NCBI GenBank assembly: GCA_044225605.1
Contig: JBGAIJ010000005.1
Span: 82,704 to 146,703, forward strand
Origin: Ferruginibacter sp.
GTDB taxonomy: Bacteria; Bacteroidota; Bacteroidia; Chitinophagales; Chitinophagaceae
Direction of reading: 5' to 3'
Length of the DNA stretch: 64,000 bases
The notes below the pieces were generated by a model. The model made no database searches, was not told the origin of the DNA, and saw only the letters and a program-made list of their open reading frames with translations. Of this stretch, positions 56,059-64,000 are shown one piece after another (position 1 is the first letter of the stretch; the number at the start of each line of letters is the position of its first letter). The translations under genes and the position numbers were made by a program.

Positions 56059-56624
56059 TGTTAGAAGTCATTAATAGATATTTTTCGATTATTGCAATAG
56101 CAGTATCAACGCTTGGATTATTTATACTTAGTTATAAATCCGAAACGGATATCTCTATCCTTAAATTCTTTTTGGGATTTCTTGGCGGGATTGCTGGAAT
56201 AGGGATATCATATTTTGCTGGTAAAATAATTTTAACTAAGCCTAAATCTACAGTATTCATAGTGCATTCACTTCATGATAAAGCGTTTGCTATGAAGTTG
56301 TCAAGCACACTGGAAAAGAAAAAAATAAAAGTTATTGATGAAGATGAGATTATTCAAGTCGGAGATAATATTGTTACAGAATCGAAGAAGGCAATTGAAG
56401 AAAGTGATTATGTGATTTTTATTTTATCGAATGATTCAAAAAAAGATAAGATTATTCATAAATTAATAGTTCAAAGCAAATCAAAAGCAAAAAAAATAGT
56501 GCCTGTTATTATTGAAAAAGGTGAAGAAGTGCCTAATCTAATTTCTTCATATAAGGCAATTGATACCACAGAAAATTATGAAAAGGCTACTAACGAGTTA
56601 GCCAATCGATTAATTGGAGCATAA
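56058..56624 (+). CDS. TIR-domain protein with two N-terminal TM helices
   Basis: VFIVHS..DKAFAMKL...L....IKV......IQVGDN......AIEESDYVIFILS...KIVPVII follows the TIR_2 pattern. Confidence 0.8.
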   Translation: MLEVINRYFSIIAIAVSTLGLFILSYKSETDISILKFFLGFLGGIAGIGISYFAGKIILTKPKSTVFIVHSLHDKAFAMKLSSTLEKKKIKVIDEDEIIQVGDNIVTESKKAIEESDYVIFILSNDSKKDKIIHKLIVQSKSKAKKIVPVIIEKGEEVPNLISSYKAIDTTENYEKATNELANRLIGA

Positions 56625-56653
56625 CTATAACTGGGTTACCACATAGCTCCGCC

Positions 56654-56677
56654 GTAGTTGGTCGCCTTACCAACTAC
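56654..56677. other. Perfect 9-bp hairpin between the TIR gene and the convergent LytTR gene
   Basis: gtagttggt-cgcctt-accaactac. No U-tract on either side. Confidence 0.6.
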
Positions 56678-56691
56678 ACTACTCAAACTGC

Positions 56692-57450
56692 TTAGTCCTT
56701 CAACCAATTCAAAAACGCCGTAATCTTCGTTTTGTTAATCACAATCTCTGCATTGGTTTGTACAGTAAGCACTACAAATAGTTTACGCAGGCCGTAATGC
56801 ATTACTTCTTTAACAGCAGTTTTATTTACAAGGTACTGGCGGCTGGCACGGTAAAATTGTGCGCCGCATATATCTTCCAGCTCATCCAACGCATAGTTAA
56901 CATTATACTTTTCGTTGTTAAAAGTTATAATGCTGGTGCCTTTAGCTTCGGTGCTAAAAAAAGCAATATCGCTTGTTTTTACGGGTATAATTTTATTGGC
57001 AGCATTTACCAGCAGTGTAGCAGGTTTGGGTGTTTTACCTGTAACCGCATCCAGCAATTGTGTATAGTTAATATTTACGGCAGGTGTAAATGCTTTTTCC
57101 AGCAACTGGTATTTCTGTAAAGCTTTTTTAATTGTGTCTTTACTGTATGGTTTTAATACATAAGCAATACCATTGTTGTCAAAAGCTTCCAGTGCATGCT
57201 GGTTAAAAGCAGTACAGTAAATTACAGGTGCCGTGCTTTTAACTTCGTTAAACACTTCAAAGCTGTAACCATCGCCTAATTGTATATCACTAAAAATTAA
57301 ATGCGGTGTTTGTGCTGTACGCATATAACTCACCGCTTCTTTAACCGAACGCAGCGTACTGCTGATGGTGATATCGCTGTTTATTTCATGCAACAATCCT
57401 GCAAGGTCGTCGGCCACCATTTTTTCATCTTCTATAATTACAACATTCAT
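56692..57450 (-). CDS. LytTR-family response regulator
   Basis: VIIEDE, FSDIQL, FCTAF-like motif and FYRASRQYLVN LytTR domain. Confidence 0.92.
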   Translation of the reverse strand: MNVVIIEDEKMVADDLAGLLHEINSDITISSTLRSVKEAVSYMRTAQTPHLIFSDIQLGDGYSFEVFNEVKSTAPVIYCTAFNQHALEAFDNNGIAYVLKPYSKDTIKKALQKYQLLEKAFTPAVNINYTQLLDAVTGKTPKPATLLVNAANKIIPVKTSDIAFFSTEAKGTSIITFNNEKYNVNYALDELEDICGAQFYRASRQYLVNKTAVKEVMHYGLRKLFVVLTVQTNAEIVINKTKITAFLNWLKD

Positions 57451-57465
57451 AAGCTTAGGTTTTGG

Positions 57466-58620
57466 TTATATAATTTTTATGCTCACAGCAAATTCATCGT
57501 CGTTGTTATTTACAGTAATGGGCTGGTTGCTTAACAGGCGGTAACGTTCATCTAAATTTTTTAAACCGGTTTGTGTGGTTACCTCCGTTAATTTTTTTGG
57601 CCGTAGTTTATTGCGAATAGTTATCAGTTGCCGCTCAGCTTCATAATCAATAAAAATATGCAACGGCTGCTCGTAAGTAAATGCATTGTGTTTAATGGCG
57701 TTTTCGGCAAGCAGCTGTAAAGCAAACACGGGCAGTTTGCCTTTTGCAGTAAGCAGTTGTTTGTTGGTTACATCGTACAGCAGCATATCGCCAAAACGCA
57801 CTTCCTGCATTTGTAAATACGATAAGCAAAGATTCAATTCATCAGTTACGTCCGTAACACTATTGGCAGCAGATGTAGTGCTTACCCGTAAGATTTCCGA
57901 CAGCTTCAGTAAATAGGTTTCAGCTTTGTCAGCATCTTTTTTCAACAACAGCCGCAGTGTGTTTAATGAGTTAAATAAAAAGTGCGGGTGCAATTGATTT
58001 CTCAGCTGGCTGTTACGGGCTTCTAAATTAGTTTGACGCAGTCGTGCATTTTCAATTTCAGTTTTTTGCTGCCGGTAATGCAGCATTACCAGCGCACATA
58101 AAATAAGAATGATAACATTAATGGTAAGTGCATGCATCAGCTGCGGAAAAGGGAAGAAATTTTTAGTGAATATTTTTTCTTTAGGTGGAGGCGGTATCAG
58201 CTTTAGCAGCGAGTCAGCAGGGCCGGAAACGCTGGCTGTTTTATTATTTTCAAAAAACACCACGTTAAACATGGGCTTGCCTTCTTTTACTGCAAAATGT
58301 GGCCCCGGCGGGTAAGCTTTATGAAATGCATTTATAACAATAACTGAAATAGAAAGGCAGGCAACTACACTAAATGCAGAGCGGATGAAAATATTTTTTA
58401 ACCAGGTAATTTTTTCAGCAGTTGCCAGCAATAAAATATTTATTATCCAGCAAATAAAAGTAATGGATGCTATCAACCATATAAAACGAAAAAAGAAACG
58501 GAATTCATCCAGTTTAAAATTTAATACCGGCACGCCACCCAGCAGCCCAAACAGCGGTGTGGTAATAAGCGCCAAAAGCAACAGCCGCCAAAAAATCTTT
58601 TTGTTTAAGCCCAAAATCAT
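57466..58620 (-). CDS. LytS/YehU-type sensor histidine kinase
   Basis: Four TMs, QLHPHFLFNSLN, LAENAIKHN and GLKNLDERY. Confidence 0.9.
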   Translation of the reverse strand: MILGLNKKIFWRLLLLALITTPLFGLLGGVPVLNFKLDEFRFFFRFIWLIASITFICWIINILLLATAEKITWLKNIFIRSAFSVVACLSISVIVINAFHKAYPPGPHFAVKEGKPMFNVVFFENNKTASVSGPADSLLKLIPPPPKEKIFTKNFFPFPQLMHALTINVIILILCALVMLHYRQQKTEIENARLRQTNLEARNSQLRNQLHPHFLFNSLNTLRLLLKKDADKAETYLLKLSEILRVSTTSAANSVTDVTDELNLCLSYLQMQEVRFGDMLLYDVTNKQLLTAKGKLPVFALQLLAENAIKHNAFTYEQPLHIFIDYEAERQLITIRNKLRPKKLTEVTTQTGLKNLDERYRLLSNQPITVNNNDDEFAVSIKII

Positions 58621-58760
58621 AAGCAGTTTTTATTGTGCCGCAAAAATCTATACGGGGTTGATGCCTGCCAAATACAAACAGTTGGTTTAACATTTTATAC
58701 TGTTAAAGCATTAACATAATTTTTAGAACCCTTTTACGTCAATTATTTTTTAAACAGTTT

Positions 58761-58792
58761 TTTGTCCGCTTCACAATTGTATTTGTCCTGTT
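58761..58792 (+). promoter_or_regulatory. Candidate LytTR direct-repeat operator
   Basis: TTTGTCCGCTT (58761) and TTTGTCCTGTT (58782), 21-bp period, upstream of the Kelch gene. Confidence 0.45.
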
Positions 58793-58858
58793 TAGTGTCT
58801 TTAACATTTTGTTGCGTTGCTGCTTATAAAAATTTGCACAAAAGAAAAACTAAGGCAT

Positions 58859-59887
58859 ATGCAATTATCAACACCTAAACTGATTTTAAATTTTTTTGCA
58901 GCTACAGTGCTGCTGAGTTTTACAGCCTGTACAAAATCATCTTCGTCATCTGATGAAGATATTATCGGTAACTGGAAACGCAGTTCTGAATTTGAAGGTG
59001 TGGGGCGAACTGAAGCCGTAACATTTACTATTGGGGACAAAGTTTATGTGGGCGGCGGCTTTGATGGTACTAACCGGTTGAATGATTTTTGGGAGTTTAA
59101 CCAAACTACCGGCACCTGGGTGCGTAAAACAGATTTTCCCGGCACGGCACGTAACAGCGCAGTGGCTTTTGCTGTAAATGGTAAAGGCTATGTGGGCAGT
59201 GGTTACGATGGGTTAAACAAACTGAAAGATTTTTGGGAATACAATCCCACCACCAACACATGGAAACAAGTTGCTGATTTTGGTGGTACGGCACGTTATG
59301 GCGCTGTAGCATTTTCCATTGGAAGCAAAGGGTATGTTACCACGGGCTATGATGGTAATTACTTAAAAGATTTATGGGAGTACAACCCAACAACCAATGC
59401 ATGGACACAACTGGCCAGCTTAACAGGCAGCAAACGCAGCGATGCGGTGGCTTTTGTTTACAACAGCAAAGCGTATGTGGTTACCGGTGTAAACAACGGC
59501 AGTTATTTAAATGATTTTTGGGTGTATGATCCCACATCCAACTCATGGGAAGAAAAAAGAAAAATAAGCAGCAGCAGCGATGATTCTTATGATGATGATT
59601 ACGGTGATTATATTACCCGTAGCAATGCCGCTGTATTTATAATGAACAACAAAGCTTATGTAAGCACGGGTTACCGCAGTGGTGTAATTAACACTACCTG
59701 GGAATATGATATAGCCAATGATTTATGGAAACAAAAAACCGGCTTTGAAGGTACGGCAAGGGAAGGTGCGCTGGGTTTTAGTTTAAACAACCGTGGATAC
59801 ATTACCACCGGTGCCAACAGCAGCAGCCGTTTTGATGATTTATGGGAGTTCTTTCCTGATGCCGACCAAAGCGACAGCGATAACTAA
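58859..59887 (+). CDS. Kelch-repeat beta-propeller lipoprotein
   Basis: Lipobox FTAC. Six repeats of type R...vaF.ig.K.YV.tG......DfWEynp..n.W. Confidence 0.9.
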   Translation: MQLSTPKLILNFFAATVLLSFTACTKSSSSSDEDIIGNWKRSSEFEGVGRTEAVTFTIGDKVYVGGGFDGTNRLNDFWEFNQTTGTWVRKTDFPGTARNSAVAFAVNGKGYVGSGYDGLNKLKDFWEYNPTTNTWKQVADFGGTARYGAVAFSIGSKGYVTTGYDGNYLKDLWEYNPTTNAWTQLASLTGSKRSDAVAFVYNSKAYVVTGVNNGSYLNDFWVYDPTSNSWEEKRKISSSSDDSYDDDYGDYITRSNAAVFIMNNKAYVSTGYRSGVINTTWEYDIANDLWKQKTGFEGTAREGALGFSLNNRGYITTGANSSSRFDDLWEFFPDADQSDSDN

Positions 59888-59922
59888 TAATCTTTCAACA
59901 CGTGTTACAGTTTAGGTTAAGT

Positions 59923-59966
59923 AAAGGGTGTTGCATAAAGGCAACTTCATTGCAATGCCCTTTTTT
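59923..59966 (+). terminator. Hairpin with T-run between the Kelch and lipoprotein genes
   Basis: aaagggtgttgca...tgcaatgccctttttt. Confidence 0.5.
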
Positions 59967-59976
59967 AAAATCTTAT

Positions 59977-61314
59977 ATGGGTTTACAAATAAATAATTTA
60001 AAGGGCAGTGTGTTTGCCGCTGTTATAATAACCTTGTTTTTTTTATCTTCCTGCGATAAGGCAGATATAACATTTGGAGCAACTGATGCTGCATCGGATC
60101 CCAATATTACTTACTACGATAACTTTACTGTTGATCTTGCCACTTATAAACCTGATTCATTTATTACTTCGGGTCATAATGTTATTGCGGCCGGTTATCA
60201 TACAGATACAGCGTTGGGTGTAATGAAAGCAGGGGCATACATGCAAATTGCGCTGCCTTCCACAAATGCTGTTTTAAATGAAAATGCAGCTTTCGATTCG
60301 CTGGAGCTGATATTAAAACCTTCCGGAGAATTTTATGGCGACAGCACTTTGCCTGTTACCATTAAAGTGCACCAGCTTACAAAAAATATTTATAATGAAA
60401 ACGGGGACACTTATTACAACACATCGGCATTTGCATACAACCCTGTTGTGCTTGCGCAAAAAACAGTTTCATTATATGGAAAGGCGGGCACAGAAATAAA
60501 AATCCGCCTTGCAAATGCAACAGGGCAGGAGTTGTTTGATAAATTCCGCACTGGAGATGATGCAGTAGCCTCTGCGGAAAAATTTATTGATTACTTCAAA
60601 GGCCTGTTTATTACAACCGACTCTGCACAAACCAAAGCAGTTACTTTTTTTAACCTCACTGCAGATTCACCTGTTGTACGCCTGCATTATCACCTCCGTG
60701 ATTTGTATGGAACTGCAAAGCAACTTGATTTTTTATATACCGCTGCAAGGCAGTTCAGTAATATGAACTACCGCTTTACAAATGCAAAATATACCGCTTT
60801 AAATACCAATACAAGTAAACTGCTGCCCAGTACAGAAAGCGGCAACCAGGCTGTGTTAAATACCGGTTTTGTCAGCAGTATAAAAATGACTTTTTCCGGC
60901 CTGCTGGATTTAAAAGAAAAACATCCTTATGTAAAAATTGTAAAAGCAATATTGGTAATAAGGCCCGATGCAGCAACATACAGCTTTCCTTACCAGTTGC
61001 CGCAAACCCTGTATTTATATCAAACAGACGATGGCAATTTACCGGGGCTGGGTATTTTTAATGGAGGCAGTTCTACTGCAGGGCTGCAAACAGGCAGCCT
61101 GTCTGTTGATTACCTCTATGGAGAAAACACCACATACAGTTATGATATTACCAGTTTTATTAATAGCAAAATTGCAGAAGGGGAGTTTTCAAAATCTGCA
61201 CTGTTGTTAACCAATACCCTCACTAATTATGATGGGGCAATGCAACGGATTTTTGTAAATAATCAAAAAGGCACACGCCCCATACAATTAAAATTATTTG
61301 TACTGGGCTTATAA
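59977..61314 (+). CDS. DUF4270-like lipoprotein
   Basis: Lipobox LSSC, FDSLELIL, FIDYFKGL and YSYDITSFI. Start at 59977. Confidence 0.65.
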   Translation: MGLQINNLKGSVFAAVIITLFFLSSCDKADITFGATDAASDPNITYYDNFTVDLATYKPDSFITSGHNVIAAGYHTDTALGVMKAGAYMQIALPSTNAVLNENAAFDSLELILKPSGEFYGDSTLPVTIKVHQLTKNIYNENGDTYYNTSAFAYNPVVLAQKTVSLYGKAGTEIKIRLANATGQELFDKFRTGDDAVASAEKFIDYFKGLFITTDSAQTKAVTFFNLTADSPVVRLHYHLRDLYGTAKQLDFLYTAARQFSNMNYRFTNAKYTALNTNTSKLLPSTESGNQAVLNTGFVSSIKMTFSGLLDLKEKHPYVKIVKAILVIRPDAATYSFPYQLPQTLYLYQTDDGNLPGLGIFNGGSSTAGLQTGSLSVDYLYGENTTYSYDITSFINSKIAEGEFSKSALLLTNTLTNYDGAMQRIFVNNQKGTRPIQLKLFVLGL

Positions 61315-61319
61315 ACACC

Positions 61320-62558
61320 ATGAAAAATTCAGCTGTTTTTATTTTTATCTTATTGTGCCTCCGCGGTAATGCACAAAACACATCATCGCCTTATTCTGTT
61401 TTAGGAATAGGCGATATTGAAAACGATGATTATGGACGTTACAGTTCAACGGGCAGCGCCGCAGTATCACGAAGGGAAAATGGGTATTATAATTTTTCCA
61501 ATCCGGCATCATTAACAATAATGAATTATAAAGCCATTAATCTCGACTTTGGATTCAGGGGCCGGGTAAGCCGCTTTAAAGTGCCCGGTGCAGACACATT
61601 TACTGCTGCAACAAAAGATTTTATTGTAAAGCGGGTAACATTGGCTTTTAAAGTAACGCCTTCCACAGCAATAGCTTTTGGCATAAAGCCATACAGCAGT
61701 GTTAACTACCAGTATAACGTTATTTCATCTGTTGCAGATGGCAGCGCACAGTACATCCGGTACACGGATGGTAACGGTGGTATTTATCAATCTTATTTTT
61801 CTGCTGCTAAACAACTGAATAAACACTTATCTGTCGGTGCTACTGCATCCTGGTTATTTGGCTCTTTACAAAACAGTACAGAATACTATAATCCAAATAT
61901 TGGGCTGGATGTTGTTAAAAATGAAAACAAATTTTATTACGGAGCCGGCTTGCAGGCAGGGTTACAATATTATACTGCTGCAGAAAAAAAATGGAAGCAT
62001 ACTGTTGGTATTACCGGCACAGCATATACCCAACTTAAAGGGCAAAACACGGTTGATTATACAGAAAGCAGCACCACTATAAAAACATTGAATCCGGAAG
62101 ATATCAGCTTTAAACTGCCACTGGCTGTTACTGCCGGTTATTCTGCAAAACATATTAGCGGGCTGGGTTTTCATGTACAGGGAAATTATCAAAAATGGCC
62201 GGTGCAGAAACTGGCTTACAAAGGCAGTTTTGTAAACAATGCTTACAATTTTAATACAGGGCTTGAATACAGCCATAACCTGAAAGATGTACCCGTGGAA
62301 AGCTATTATTTTGGAGCAGGGTTTAAAATGGAACAGTCTTATTTACTGGTAAATAACCGGCAATTAAATACCTATGCTTTTACATTTGGCGGCGGTAAAA
62401 ATATTTCACGGCTTATAAGCGTAAATGGCAGTTTTGAAGCAGGTAAAAAAGGCAGTGCTGTCATTAATCAAATTCAGGAAAACTATTTTCAATTTTCAAT
62501 TGGCCTTACGCTAAAAGATTTTTGGCTGGGTACAAAACGTTTTGGAAGATTTAATTAA
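61320..62558 (+). CDS. Outer-membrane beta-barrel protein (FadL-like)
   Basis: SSPYSVLGIGD N-terminal motif, FSNPAS and amphipathic strands ending in ...IGLTL. Confidence 0.7.
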   Translation: MKNSAVFIFILLCLRGNAQNTSSPYSVLGIGDIENDDYGRYSSTGSAAVSRRENGYYNFSNPASLTIMNYKAINLDFGFRGRVSRFKVPGADTFTAATKDFIVKRVTLAFKVTPSTAIAFGIKPYSSVNYQYNVISSVADGSAQYIRYTDGNGGIYQSYFSAAKQLNKHLSVGATASWLFGSLQNSTEYYNPNIGLDVVKNENKFYYGAGLQAGLQYYTAAEKKWKHTVGITGTAYTQLKGQNTVDYTESSTTIKTLNPEDISFKLPLAVTAGYSAKHISGLGFHVQGNYQKWPVQKLAYKGSFVNNAYNFNTGLEYSHNLKDVPVESYYFGAGFKMEQSYLLVNNRQLNTYAFTFGGGKNISRLISVNGSFEAGKKGSAVINQIQENYFQFSIGLTLKDFWLGTKRFGRFN

Positions 62559-62562
62559 TACA

Positions 62563-62946
62563 ATGAAAGTATTTATAAGTTTACTCTTATTACTTACAAT
62601 AACACAGCACTCAAAAGCGCAGGAAATAACAGGTTATTGGTTTTCGGCCGACAGCAGCCGGGTATATGCAATAAAGCAAACGGGCAATAATTTGTATGAA
62701 GCAGTTATTAAAACATCTTCCCGTAATACCGACAGTATTGGATTTGCAGTTATTAAAAACCTGCACTATAATGCCAATAAAAAAAGATACGAAGGCATTA
62801 TGTATGCTATTAGTGATAACCAGGCCTGCTTTGTAAAAATTACCTGTGCAAATAACCGGTTGCAATTAAAGCTGCGCCGTATGTTTTTGTTTGATGCAGT
62901 GTTGCAATGGAACAGGGCTGGTGATAATACAGTTGCTGCACATTAG
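62563..62946 (+). CDS. DUF2147-like small secreted protein
   Basis: Signal peptide, ITGYW, YEGIMY and LKLRRMF...QWNR. Confidence 0.55.
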   Translation: MKVFISLLLLLTITQHSKAQEITGYWFSADSSRVYAIKQTGNNLYEAVIKTSSRNTDSIGFAVIKNLHYNANKKRYEGIMYAISDNQACFVKITCANNRLQLKLRRMFLFDAVLQWNRAGDNTVAAH

Positions 62947-63024
62947 TTTTCAGTTTTCTTTAACAGCCTTCATAATAATTTTATGGAAATGCTTCCGTTA
63001 GGCATCAAAGCCCGGTAAAACTCC

Positions 63025-63681
63025 ATGCAATTTTTTATGAAACTCTTTTTTACAGCATTGCTGTTTTGCGCCAGCTTATCTGCACTGGCATATTTTTTTT
63101 GGTACAAGCCAAAATTTAATAAACATGCTGCCGCCAAAACATTTGCAGTAACAAAAAGTAAAACTGATAATGAAGTAAAAGAAAGAATTACAAGCCATGC
63201 AGCTTCTATTAATAAGTATGCAAAAGCAAATGGCTGCAATACGCAATATTGCTTTTTGGTGGATATGAAAGTGGCTTCGGGCAAAAACAGGTTTTTTGTT
63301 TATAACCTGGCTAAAGATTCTGTAGAAATTGAAGGGCTTGTAACACATGGCAGCGGTAAAACCAGCAGCAGCGGCATTCAGTTTTCAAATGCAGCAGGAA
63401 GCCTTTGCACTTCATTGGGCAAATACAAAATTGGTAATTCATATACGGGCAAATTTGGCCTTGCTTATAAACTGTATGGCTTAGATGCTACCAACAGTAA
63501 TGCCTTTAATCGTTTTGTAGTGCTGCATTCGCACAGCTGCGTGCCCAATGAAGAAACAGCGCCATTTCCTATTTGCGAAAGCTGGGGCTGCCCAACTGTA
63601 GCGCCTTCATTTTTAACCGCCTTAACAAAATACATTGACAAAGCTGATAAACCTGTTTTGCTAAGTATTTATAACGAATAA
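63025..63681 (+). CDS. Murein L,D-transpeptidase catalytic-domain family protein
   Basis: VDMKVASGKNRFFVYNL, VTHGSG, VVLHS and SWGC (HxxxxxSxGC-type). Confidence 0.82.
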   Translation: MQFFMKLFFTALLFCASLSALAYFFWYKPKFNKHAAAKTFAVTKSKTDNEVKERITSHAASINKYAKANGCNTQYCFLVDMKVASGKNRFFVYNLAKDSVEIEGLVTHGSGKTSSSGIQFSNAAGSLCTSLGKYKIGNSYTGKFGLAYKLYGLDATNSNAFNRFVVLHSHSCVPNEETAPFPICESWGCPTVAPSFLTALTKYIDKADKPVLLSIYNE

Positions 63682-63708
63682 GGTTTCCGGCTTTGCCGGA
63701 AACCTTAT
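63678..63708. terminator. Bidirectional terminator between convergent genes
   Basis: ataaggtttccggc-ttt-gccggaaaccttat, 14-bp perfect stem. Confidence 0.75.
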
Positions 63709-63728
63709 AAGCAAAATCAATAAGCATA

Positions 63729-64000
63729 TTAATACATTGGAACTTCAATTGCCAGTAACTCTGTATCTTCTGTTGCAGTTACAGTAAACTTGTCTGTTTC
63801 AGATATACCAACAGCATCTCTTTTGCCCAGCACAACATCTGCCACGGATGCATTACCACTAATGTTAACCAGGAATACGCCATTGTTTTTAAAAGCATTG
63901 GTGTAATCAATTGTTTTACCTGCTTCTAATTTGGTTAATGAAAATTTAGCATTTTGGTTTATCCATAAAGCATTATCTGCTTCAACGGGAGAAACAACGG
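63729..64000 (-). CDS. Pirin-family protein, C-terminal part (5' end outside the window)
   Basis: Hand translation VVSPVEADNALWINQNAKFS...NGVFLVNISG...LGKRDAVGI...ELLAIEVPMY* resembles the pirin/YhhW C-terminal cupin. Confidence 0.75.
   Translation of the reverse strand, partial: VVSPVEADNALWINQNAKFSLTKLEAGKTIDYTNAFKNNGVFLVNISGNASVADVVLGKRDAVGISETDKFTVTATEDTELLAIEVPMY

Noticed and set aside
55630-56624. Assignment to Thoeris, CBASS or Pycsar
   Set aside because: No ThsA-like, cyclase or other signature partner is adjacent, and the TIR lacks the expected catalytic residue.
59000-59860. Periodic nucleotide similarity (gatttttgggag/gatttatgggag)
   Set aside because: Fully explained by the protein-level Kelch repeats.
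34-63348. Numerous short ORFs in the track overlapping long genes on the opposite strand or in another frame
   Set aside because: They are shadows of well-supported genes and have no motifs of their own.
1-64000. CRISPR array, rRNA, tRNA, transposase, integrase or prophage genes
   Set aside because: No regularly spaced repeat-spacer pattern and no recognisable RNA-gene or recombinase motifs were found by eye. A dedicated scan could still find a tRNA.

Overview
A Bacteroidota chromosome segment, most consistent with Chitinophagaceae. This is inferred from the gene set and the TAnnTTTG promoter elements, not from a database search. From left to right it holds: a minus-strand sulfate-assimilation/cysteine operon (cysH-cysD-cysN-cysE-cysK-cobA-cysJ, cysJ cut by the window edge) preceded by an unannotated 21-aa Cys/Met-rich leader ORF; SAM-I-riboswitch-controlled homoserine dehydrogenase; uvrA; a 12-kb accessory block of four unknown secreted proteins divergent from two TPR histidine kinases and one NarL/LuxR regulator; housekeeping genes (pepT, tsaB, ridA, greA, ruvC, uppP, ftsX, leuS, dxs); an AT-rich two-gene cassette (4-TM protein plus 2TM-TIR protein lacking the usual catalytic Glu) directly after dxs; a LytTR two-component system divergent from a Kelch/lipoprotein/outer-membrane cluster; an L,D-transpeptidase-like gene; and the 3' end of a pirin gene. 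I found no CRISPR array, rRNA, tRNA, transposase or integrase. Several families of short dispersed repeats are present, some inside coding sequence or inside the riboswitch. The top candidates for undescribed biology are the TM/TM-TIR cassette, the cysteine-sensing leader peptide, the secreted-protein/twin-kinase block and a modular repeat with a swappable internal hairpin. GC figures are hand counts of single 60-nt lines. Family assignments come from motif recognition, not from searches.
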